DNA of 26,326 nt. Origin: a virus (taxonomy: Duplodnaviria > Heunggongvirae > Uroviricota > Caudoviricetes). The stretch's first letter is position 1; the number at the start of each line of letters is the position of its first letter. Of the stretch, positions 1 through 6,001 are shown piece after piece. The notes under the pieces are model-generated. The model was not told where the DNA came from. It did no database searches and saw only the letters and a list, made by a program, of their open reading frames with translations. The position numbers and the translations under genes were made by a program. The stretch lies in IMG/VR virus record IMGVR_UViG_3300027007_000013; one strand, given 5' to 3'.

Positions 1-89
1 TGGTGTGACGCCGGTCGTTAGTGTTCCGGGCGACATTAACGCTCTTATAGATAATCTTTTATGACTCCTGAGTGTATGTAGCTGGTGTG

Positions 90-710
90 ATGCAAGAGAC
101 GAACCCGTCCGATCGGATGGTGAGACTGTACTTCGGTAAACCCGGAGAAAACCGACCTACAAAGGCTGAAGTGGGCGATTTCATCGTCTCCGACATGGGT
201 CTCGTCAGGGGCGACGAGAAGCCACAGTGGAGCGAAGGGATTTGCGAGCTCATACAATATGGTATGGGTGCATGGGATACTAAACTTTCTGATACGTGGG
301 AGCACGAGGAGCAGATTGACCAGCTCGAAGCAAAGGTTCGCGCCGCCCAGAACAGAGTCGATGACCTGGAGGCCGAGCTCGAACTGGAGAAGCTCTCCGA
401 CACGGACACGGACGTCGTCGCCGAGGTCCACCGGACTGAAGCGCGTATCCTCGAAATCCTCTGTCGAGACGATAACATCGGCGCGAAATCACCCAACTTC
501 GTTCCTATCGACGAGATCGCGACTGAGATCGACGTGAGCCGACAGGCTGTCTCCAACATCGTCGAAGCCATGGAGAAGCCTGAGCTCGGGGGGCACGTCG
601 AGGTCGACCGTCACGGCGGTCGTGTGAAAACGACCGACCCTGGTGCGTTCGTTGCCTACTGTGAAGCCGTGAGGATGGCGCCCGAGAAGATCAAAGAGGC
701 CAATCGATGA
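90..710 (+). CDS. Coiled-coil plus C-terminal winged-HTH DNA-binding protein (206 aa), possible recombinase accessory or regulator
   Basis: Heptad-like segment EQIDQLEAKVRAAQNRVDDLEAELEL; HTH-like IDEIATEIDVSRQAVSNIVEAM followed by a wing. ATG at 90 preferred over GTG at 72 because TTTTAT lies about 30 nt upstream. Stop overlaps the recombinase start (ATGA, 707-710). Confidence 0.7.
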   Translation: MQETNPSDRMVRLYFGKPGENRPTKAEVGDFIVSDMGLVRGDEKPQWSEGICELIQYGMGAWDTKLSDTWEHEEQIDQLEAKVRAAQNRVDDLEAELELEKLSDTDTDVVAEVHRTEARILEILCRDDNIGAKSPNFVPIDEIATEIDVSRQAVSNIVEAMEKPELGGHVEVDRHGGRVKTTDPGAFVAYCEAVRMAPEKIKEANR

Positions 711-1813
711 GCGGCATCCCGGGTGATGACGACGAGCTCAAAGACATGCTTCAGGACATCCGAGACGAGATACGCGATCTCCGTCAGGAGAACGAACGAC
801 TCCGTGACGACTCTGATGACGACGACAGACCCGATGCACCCCCGAACGACGATATCGTCGACCAGTTCATCGACGAGAAACATCTGGCCGAATCGACCGA
901 AAGGCCGTACAGATCAGCCCTTCGATGCTTCCGACGGCACACTGGAGACGTTCCCTTCCTGGATGTCGACGAGGACATTGTGAGCGAGTTCGCTGATACC
1001 TACGGCGGCGCTGACGGACCCGATGCCTCGACCATCGTATCGTACCTTCGGCGCTTGAAACGGCTCTACGACTGGATGCAGACCAAACCATGGGGACCAC
1101 TGAACAACCCGGTGACGACGCCACTCGACGAGTACAAAAACAGACACAAGGGCGTCCTCAGACGAAGTGGTCAAAACCCCGGGACCGTCGTGAAACCAGA
1201 GGAATATCGACTGTTATTCAAACCAAACAACGAAGCGCGGAGTCGAGCCATCCTGCTCCTCCCCGCGAAGACTGGGCTCAGACGGAAAGAGCTGGCCTGG
1301 CTCAAACTCGAGGATGTCGATCTCGACGAGCTGAAAGTCTACAACAGATCGCCCAAGGGCGTGGGCGAGCAGCGCATCAGTCGTGACCGAGCCGACCCGA
1401 AGTTCATCGACGAAGAAACGGCCGACGTCATCAGGCGCTGGATAGACCAACGAGAACACGTCATGGACGGTCTCGGCGACGGCATCGATGACGGAGGGTG
1501 GCTCTTTCCAAGTCGTGATGGATCGAGAGTCGATCCCATGTCCGTCTCGCGATGGTGGTGGAAAGCACGTGAGCGAGCAGAGCGGGTCGTTGAGAGTAGC
1601 GATCCACAAGTTGCCGAAAAACTCGGTGACCTCTCACCCCACGACGCCAGGCGCTGCTTCACCTCGTGGTTGAACTGGAACGATTGTCCACGGGACCTGA
1701 TCGCGGCACTGCGTGGTGATGCGGACGCCGATATGGTAGCTCTGTACACGACATACGGCGAAGATCACCTGCGAGAGGAGTATCTACGGGCAATCCCCAC
1801 CTTCAACCTCTGA
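707..1813 (+). CDS. Tyrosine recombinase/integrase (XerC/D-like, haloarchaeal type)
   Basis: TGLRRKEL (Arg I), RSPKG (Lys), HDAR (HxxR), LRGD in place of LGH, and Tyr nine residues later (MVALY). N-terminal core-binding-like domain (LAESTERPYRSALRCF). Confidence 0.93.
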   Translation: MSGIPGDDDELKDMLQDIRDEIRDLRQENERLRDDSDDDDRPDAPPNDDIVDQFIDEKHLAESTERPYRSALRCFRRHTGDVPFLDVDEDIVSEFADTYGGADGPDASTIVSYLRRLKRLYDWMQTKPWGPLNNPVTTPLDEYKNRHKGVLRRSGQNPGTVVKPEEYRLLFKPNNEARSRAILLLPAKTGLRRKELAWLKLEDVDLDELKVYNRSPKGVGEQRISRDRADPKFIDEETADVIRRWIDQREHVMDGLGDGIDDGGWLFPSRDGSRVDPMSVSRWWWKARERAERVVESSDPQVAEKLGDLSPHDARRCFTSWLNWNDCPRDLIAALRGDADADMVALYTTYGEDHLREEYLRAIPTFNL

Positions 1814-1862
1814 TCGATAGACAGCGCGGTATAAACCGTATGTTGCTATATGGATATTGTCG

Positions 1863-2024
1863 CTAATGCGCAGGAAGTGGGTCCGGCGTCTCACTGTCTT
1901 CGAGCTCGTATGTCCGCAGGAGATCGTTGCATGACGGACACGTTAATTTGAGGCCGGTCCAGTCGCCATCGGTCCACTCAGCCTCGTATCGATCGAACGT
2001 TGCACCGCAGGTGTTACAGTTCAT
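1863..2024 (-). CDS. Zn-finger microprotein (53 aa, CxxC...CPxC), absent from the ORF track
   Basis: Translates MNCNTCGATFDRYEAEWTDGDWTGLKLTCPSCNDLLRTYELEDSETPDPLPAH; acidic composition; preceded on the minus strand by a GAAGGTTTAAG promoter-like element (about 2057-2067). Confidence 0.75.
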   Translation of the reverse strand: MNCNTCGATFDRYEAEWTDGDWTGLKLTCPSCNDLLRTYELEDSETPDPLPAH

Positions 2025-2140
2025 GGCCGTTCCCGCGAACCTGCTCTACGGAGCGCCTTAAACCTTCACCGCACTACCACCAGAAACGTACCGCTTTCAC
2101 GCACCGCCTTCGCTCGACATCCTCTCTCAAATCGGGCGTG

Positions 2141-2172
2141 TGTACGTACATACGCGCCCATATGTACGTACA
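2141..2172. repeat. Perfect 12-bp inverted repeat with 8-bp asymmetric spacer (lox/dif-like recombinase site candidate)
   Basis: TGTACGTACATA-CGCGCCCA-TATGTACGTACA, 328 bp downstream of the recombinase stop. Confidence 0.6.
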
Positions 2173-2199
2173 GGCATTGTGAGTGCAACCCACTCGCAC

Positions 2200-2212
2200 G
2201 ATAGATTTAAGA
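2200..2212 (+). promoter_or_regulatory. Probable TATA promoter of the tRNA operon
   Basis: ATAGATTTAAGAT; TTTAA at 2206-2210 predicts a start near 2237-2244, just before a folded leader and the first tRNA. Confidence 0.5.
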
Positions 2213-2339
2213 TCATCCAACGTATTCGTTTTGATACGTCAATGTCACTGACTGCGGGCACCCCCGGCTATCCGCACCTGACGCGTACCTGGCATGATAA
2301 TATGCCAGAACACGCCCAACAGTGATCACTCTTAGTTGA

Positions 2340-2413
2340 GCCGGGAGGGCCCGCCTGGTGCGGGCACGTGGCTGTTACCCACGAGGCGCTTGGTTCGAGT
2401 CCAAGTCCCGGCG
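2340..2413 (+). tRNA. tRNA-Asn(GTT), non-canonical D-arm
   Basis: Acceptor GCCGGGA/TCCCGGC, anticodon stem CGTGG/CCACG, GTT at 2374-2376, T-loop TTCGAGT, discriminator G. G8 and a 5-bp D-stem GCCCG/CGGGC. Confidence 0.85.
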
Positions 2414-2494
2414 CCTTCGAGTATCAGAAAAACGAAACAACTAATATAGCATCACGTCAAAGGTAGAATACCCAAAATGGTAAGAAACATGATA

Positions 2495-2569
2495 GGGCTT
2501 GTAGCTCAGTCAGGCGAGAGCAGTCGACTCCATATCGACCGGTCGGGGGTTCGAATCCCTTCGAGTCCA
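2495..2569 (+). tRNA. tRNA-Trp(CCA), intronless
   Basis: Canonical cloverleaf: GGGCTTG/CGAGTCC, GTCGA-CTCCATA-TCGAC, anticodon 2530-2532, TTCGAAT. Confidence 0.92.
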
Positions 2570-2664
2570 CTGGGACCACATCGCGGCAAATCGCACGGTC
2601 CCGCTAACGATGAGGGTCGCCTGGGGAGGTGACACGTCGTTCGGGGGCCCCCACGATCCCTCAA

Positions 2665-2738
2665 TGGCACATAGTTCAGTCTGGAAGAACGTCCGGCTCA
2701 CATCCGGGCGGTCCCCGGTTCGAATCCGGGTGTGCCAA
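2665..2738 (+). tRNA. tRNA-Val(CAC)
   Basis: TGGCACA/TGTGCCA (U1-A72), anticodon CAC 2699-2701, CCCGG-TTCGAAT-CCGGG. Confidence 0.9.
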
Positions 2739-2871
2739 TCCCCGAAGACCCGGGCCTATCCGGTGACGGGGTCTGCGGCCCTGCTCGAGAGTCGCTAATG
2801 CTTGCGGGCGAACGCGGCCCGTGGGAAAGGCACAAGAGCCAATCGAGAAGGGGGAGCGATCCCCCATCCGA

Positions 2872-2943
2872 GTGCCCGTAGCTCAGTGGTAGAGTCCCTC
2901 CTTTGCAAGGAGGTCGCCCGGGGTTCGAATCCCTGCGGGTACA
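2872..2943 (+). tRNA. tRNA-Ala(TGC)
   Basis: GTGCCCG/CGGGTAC with the G3:U70 alanine identity pair; anticodon TGC 2904-2906. Confidence 0.95.
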
Positions 2944-3029
2944 CTGCGACACGGTGATCGACCCCTGCGCTCCGGCGTACAGATCGACACATCGACAGCG
3001 CCCACGGTGGGAAGTACGTGACACGTCCA

Positions 3030-3075
3030 GTCCTAACTAATCTGTCGGAGCAGACCGTCGGAGATTAGTTAGGAC
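3030..3075. repeat. 14-bp perfect AT-rich inverted repeat in a tRNA spacer
   Basis: GTCCTAACTAATCT (3030-3043) and AGATTAGTTAGGAC (3062-3075), 18-nt loop. Confidence 0.85.
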
Positions 3076-3080
3076 ACGGT

Positions 3081-3155
3081 GGGTCGGTAGCTTAGCCTGC
3101 GCAAAGCGTTCGGCTTTTAACCGAATGACCGGGGGTTCGAATCCCTCCCGACCCG
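3081..3155 (+). tRNA. tRNA-Lys(TTT)
   Basis: GGGTCGG/CCGACCC, TTCGG-CTTTTAA-CCGAA, anticodon 3116-3118. D-loop AGCCTGCGCA lacks the usual GG. Confidence 0.92.
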
Positions 3156-3305
3156 TGGGGCGGTTTGTCTCTGGCCGCTGAGCTCGGTAGTCCCGAACCA
3201 CAAAAGAATCCCAGAGGACGTTGAGTGGACGATCACTCGCGAGTACGCGGGGAGGACGCTTCCCGCAATCAACCCTCATAGTCGGGTATCCCCCGACTTG
3301 CCTAT

Positions 3306-3378
3306 GGCTTCGTAGCTCAGTCGGTAGAGCCCTCGATTTGTAATCGAGAGGCCGGGAGTTCGATCCTCTCCGAAGCCT
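3306..3378 (+). tRNA. tRNA-Thr(TGT)
   Basis: GGCTTCG/CGAAGCC, anticodon TGT 3339-3341, U73. Confidence 0.95.
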
Positions 3379-3385
3379 TCTGACT

Positions 3386-3458
3386 CCGTTCGAGCTCACG
3401 TGGGAGTGAGATACGACTGTAGATCGTACCGCTCCAGGTTCGAATCCTGGCGAACGGA
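3386..3458 (+). tRNA. tRNA-Tyr(GTA), non-canonical D-arm
   Basis: C1-G72 and A73 (archaeal Tyr identity), anticodon GTA 3419-3421, short variable loop. A8 and a 5-bp D-stem CTCAC/GTGAG. Confidence 0.85.
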
Positions 3459-3510
3459 CTCGGGGACCGCGGCTCGGTTGATCCATCATCTCGACCGAGC
3501 AACTCCCCGG

Positions 3511-3643
3511 AGTCGATGCTGATCTCTGAGCGGCATCCGAAGACATGATCGACGGAGTCCCGTTTAGTGTCAGGCGCCGTGGGTAACTGATTAGTAGCAG
3601 CCTACCCTGGCGCCGGGCTTTTCACGCGGCTTCAGCATCGACT
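3511..3643 (+). ncRNA. Candidate structured RNA (multi-branch, 12-bp closing helix) inside the tRNA array
   Basis: AGTCGATGCTGA/TCAGCATCGACT encloses arm 1 (GACAT/GTGTC plus GACGG/CCGTT) and arm 2 (GGCGCC/GGCGCC plus GGGTA/TACCC plus CTG/CAG). Confidence 0.5.
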
Positions 3644-3650
3644 TTCAGCT

Positions 3651-3726
3651 GCTCCAGGAGTCTCCGCTGGCGAGAGATGCCTGACTTTCAATCAGGTGGC
3701 CGTCGGTTCGATTCCGACCTGGAGCA
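3651..3726 (+). tRNA. tRNA-Glu(TTC), non-canonical D-arm
   Basis: GCTCCAG/CTGGAGC, CCTGA/TCAGG, anticodon TTC 3687-3689. G8 and a 5-bp D-stem GTCTC/GAGAT with loop CGCTGGCGA. Confidence 0.82.
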
Positions 3727-3807
3727 CTCGCGCCCATGCCCTGTGGCGCACGAGATCGAAGTAATGGGGTAGCATCGTACGATGACCGGGTGTGCACCCA
3801 CCCTTAC

Positions 3808-3878
3808 GCGTCAGTGATCCAACGGCAAGACAGGAGCCTTCCAAGCTTCAGATCTCGGTTCGATTCCGAGCTGGCGCA
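3808..3878 (+). tRNA. tRNA-Gly(TCC)
   Basis: GCGTCAG/CTGGCGC, A73, anticodon TCC 3840-3842; weak D-stem. Confidence 0.88.
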
Positions 3879-4072
3879 CTGGGGCTGACATCCCAGTACC
3901 ACTGTCCGGCCTATACTCGTGAGCGGCCGAGAAATACCACGAGGGGGTACACCGACCCGACGTAAGAACTGGTAGACGACGATCGCGAGCGGCCTCGAAC
4001 CGATCACCGGGTGCGTTGCCAGCGCACTTCGCAGGTGGCGGGCCACACCTATAGGTCGCGATCTTCGCACGC

Positions 4073-4149
4073 AGTCTCCGGCGCTGCACTGGCGAGCGGC
4101 GACCAGCCTTTGGAGCTGGCGGAGATGGGTTCGATTCCCTCGGAGACTA
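4073..4149 (+). tRNA. tRNA-Gln(TTG), non-canonical D-arm and bulged T-stem
   Basis: A1-U72 acceptor AGTCTCC/GGAGACT (archaeal Gln type), CCAGC/GCTGG, anticodon TTG 4110-4112. 5-bp D-stem GCTGC/GCGGC; T-stem GA(T)GGG/CCCTC with one bulged base. Confidence 0.72.
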
Positions 4150-4198
4150 TCAGGGGCGTTCAACACCGGTAGTAGCCGGTCCCGTTGCGCCCCGCTGT

Positions 4199-4270
4199 GC
4201 CGATGTGGTGTAGTGGCTAACATCGGACCCTGTCACGGTCCGGTCTCGGGTTCGAATCCCGACGTCGGCG
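4199..4270 (+). tRNA. tRNA-Asp(GTC)
   Basis: GCCGATG/CGTCGGC, G73, anticodon GTC 4232-4234. Confidence 0.95.
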
Positions 4271-4335
4271 TGGGGTTGAGTTGCCCCAACTGTAGGCATG
4301 CCGGGCGTTGGCCGGCCCGATATCCACGGCCACGC

Positions 4336-4406
4336 GCTCCTGTGGTGTAACGGAAACATTGTGCCCTCTCGAGGCGCAGCTCGGGGTTCGATTCCTCGCA
4401 GGAGCA
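4336..4406 (+). tRNA. tRNA-Glu(CTC)
   Basis: GCTCCTG/CAGGAGC, anticodon CTC 4368-4370, canonical U8/A14. Confidence 0.93.
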
Positions 4407-4407
4407 T

Positions 4408-4483
4408 AGTCCCGCGGCGTCTGCTGGCGAGACGTGCCGGCCTCTGGAGCCGGAGATCGAGGGTTCGATTCCCTCCGGGACAA
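4408..4483 (+). tRNA. tRNA-Gln(CTG), non-canonical D-arm, A1/A72 mismatch
   Basis: (A)GTCCCG/CGGGAC(A), CCGGC/GCCGG, anticodon CTG 4444-4446. C8 and a 5-bp D-stem GCGTC/GACGT with loop TGCTGGCGA. Begins 1 nt after tRNA-Glu(CTC). Confidence 0.78.
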
Positions 4484-4504
4484 GTTCCCGTACGTTGGGT
4501 ACGG

Positions 4505-4645
4505 GTGTGGGAGACGATCGAGATCGCGACCCGCAAGCAGATCATCGCCCTGGCCGTGGTACTCATCATGGTTGGTGGCGTCATGTTCGGAGGTATAGGT
4601 CTGGATGAACAGAGTGGTTTGGATGAGCCCGCATCGCGCCCATGA
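4505..4645 (+). CDS. Single-pass membrane microprotein (46 aa) within the tRNA array
   Basis: GTG start; MWETIEIATRKQIIALAVVLIMVGGVMFGGIGLDEQSGLDEPASRP has RK followed by a ~20-aa hydrophobic helix and an acidic tail; fills the only unstructured spacer of the array. Confidence 0.6.
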   Translation: MWETIEIATRKQIIALAVVLIMVGGVMFGGIGLDEQSGLDEPASRP

Positions 4646-4677
4646 AATAGTTTGAAAGGGCTCACCGACAGCTACGT

Positions 4678-4751
4678 GGCCGGACTGGTCTAACTGGTTA
4701 AGATTCAGCACTGTGACTGCTGAGAACCGCGTTCGAGTCGCGGGCCCGGTC
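4678..4751 (+). tRNA. tRNA-His(GTG)
   Basis: Genome-encoded G-1 opposite C73; CAGCA/TGCTG; anticodon GTG 4713-4715; one acceptor mismatch (A6/C67). Confidence 0.88.
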
Positions 4752-4808
4752 CTCCGTCAGGTAAATCCACGAACTACATAAAAGTTCGAGGATTTGGCTT
4801 GACACAGA

Positions 4809-4883
4809 TGGGCGATAGCGTAGCTTGGTTATCGCGCGTGCCTTGGGTGCACGAGATCGCAGGTTCAAATCCTGCTCGCCTAA
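4809..4883 (+). tRNA. tRNA-Pro(TGG)
   Basis: TGGGCGA/TCGCCTA, CGTGC/GCACG, anticodon TGG 4844-4846, GCAGG-TTCAAAT-CCTGC. Confidence 0.9.
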
Positions 4884-4958
4884 TGGACTGTGGCACGGGT
4901 CATACGTCCTTCCCGTAGGACACGTATCCTACGGACCATACGGAACAGACACCTCCCC

Positions 4959-5387
4959 ATGTCCACGACAAAGGAGCGACCAGACAACGGTGGGCTGGTC
5001 TCAGTCGGTCAGTCAGAATCGCGCACGAAACACGTAGACGCCGCGCTTGTCGAATCATTTGCGGCGGTCACTGGAGATGAGAATCCGCTCCACCTCGACG
5101 ACGATCACGCCGCCGAGACGATGTTCGGCGAGCGGATCGCCCACGGGATGATCACGGCCGGACTGGTCAGCGCCGCGCTGACGGACCTGGTCGACCCCGA
5201 GGTGGCGACGGTCGTCTACCTCTCACAGACCCTCGAGTTCCAGAAGCCAGTCTACGTCGACGACGAGCTCACTGCGACGGTCGAGATCGTCGAAGATCTC
5301 GGTGGGAGTCGCTATCGACTCCGTACGTATGCAGAGACAGACGTGTCCGTTGTCGATGGTGAGGCGGTGATCTTACTCTCGACATAA
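4959..5387 (+). CDS. MaoC-like (R)-specific enoyl-CoA hydratase (PhaJ type, hot-dog fold), 142 aa
   Basis: Signature FAAVTGDENPLHLDDDHAAETMFGERIAHGM (catalytic Asp/His) and YLSQTLEFQKPVYVDDELT. ATG at 4959 chosen because the longer ORF starts only 6 nt after tRNA-Pro and runs through a hairpin. Confidence 0.92.
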   Translation: MSTTKERPDNGGLVSVGQSESRTKHVDAALVESFAAVTGDENPLHLDDDHAAETMFGERIAHGMITAGLVSAALTDLVDPEVATVVYLSQTLEFQKPVYVDDELTATVEIVEDLGGSRYRLRTYAETDVSVVDGEAVILLST

Positions 5388-5398
5388 CGAACGGACGC

Positions 5399-5474
5399 GC
5401 CCCTGTAGCTCAGCCAGGACAGAGCAGCGGCCTTCGAAGCCGCGTGATCGGGAGTTCAAATCTCTCCAGGGGCT
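5399..5474 (+). tRNA. tRNA-Arg(TCG)
   Basis: GCCCCTG/CAGGGGC, GCGGC/GCCGC, anticodon TCG 5434-5436, A20 in D-loop. Confidence 0.95.
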
Positions 5475-5518
5475 TATACTACCAGAAATATGATATACGG
5501 GCCACGCGTACACCGTGT

Positions 5519-5704
5519 ATGACCATTTGCCCCCAGTGTGGGAGCGCAATGATACGAAAGACAGGCCGGGTCGGCCTCGACGCCCGTCGACGCCACTACT
5601 ACCAGTGTGTGACGTGCGGGAAGATCCACGTTCCCCCGTACGAGAACGATGAGGACGCCAAAGACCCGATCAGCACGAGTGGACTGAAACGGAAGTTCCT
5701 CTGA
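5519..5704 (+). CDS. CPxCG-type Zn-finger microprotein (61 aa)
   Basis: MTICPQCGS...YYQCVTCGK; ATG about 30 nt after an AT-rich promoter-like tract. Confidence 0.75.
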   Translation: MTICPQCGSAMIRKTGRVGLDARRRHYYQCVTCGKIHVPPYENDEDAKDPISTSGLKRKFL

Positions 5705-5734
5705 CCTGACATCACCTACCACCAGCAACGATTC

Positions 5735-6001
5735 ATGGCACAAGACACCCGACCAACCGGTATCGAGATCGACAACGAACAGCAGACGATCGGCGGTCTT
5801 CCCCGGACAGAGGATGTCCCCGTAGCGACAGCTGACGTCTATGAGGGTGAGAAAGCGATCGTGCTGTCGGCCGACCAAGCGGCGCGGTACATGGAGATGT
5901 ACGACGACGTTACTGGTGGTATTGGCGGCCTCGGCATGACTGAGGAGGAGTTTGTGGACTGGTGGCTCGAAATGCTGGCAACGATGGTCGTGTGGCCATG
6001 A
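5735..6001 (+). CDS. Hypothetical protein (88 aa)
   Basis: Acidic ORF; stop overlaps the next ATG (ATGA). Confidence 0.7.
   Translation: MAQDTRPTGIEIDNEQQTIGGLPRTEDVPVATADVYEGEKAIVLSADQAARYMEMYDDVTGGIGGLGMTEEEFVDWWLEMLATMVVWP

Noticed and set aside
1702-1742. LRGD replacing the LGH catalytic motif of the recombinase as a novelty
   Set aside because: I recall RGD as a recurring signature of haloarchaeal Xer-like integrases, and the catalytic Tyr spacing is normal, so it is neither novel nor a sign of inactivation.
1866-1934. 22-aa plus-strand ORF after a TATAAA element
   Set aside because: It overlaps the better-supported minus-strand Zn-finger gene and has an atypical basic composition.
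3573-3620. Resemblance to the HDV ribozyme (CAGCC...CTGGCGCCGG)
   Set aside because: The loop lacks the conserved UCC(U)CG of L3, and no upstream P1 strand pairs with GCCGGGC. A simple nested hairpin explains the sequence.
3896-3950. Twister-like ending (stem-GG-stem)
   Set aside because: No UAA cleavage loop after P1 and no UCC/UAAG-type L4; the stem order does not match twister. Kept only as a generic pseudoknot.
3879-4072. RNase P RNA, 5S rRNA or hammerhead candidate
   Set aside because: No GAGGAAAGUCC (CR-I), no 5S helix pattern, no CUGANGA/GAAA core.
4298-4504. N-terminal part of the 115-aa ORF 4298-4645 and other ORFs across 2500-4900
   Set aside because: They overlap clear tRNA genes; only the 46-aa TM portion is plausible.
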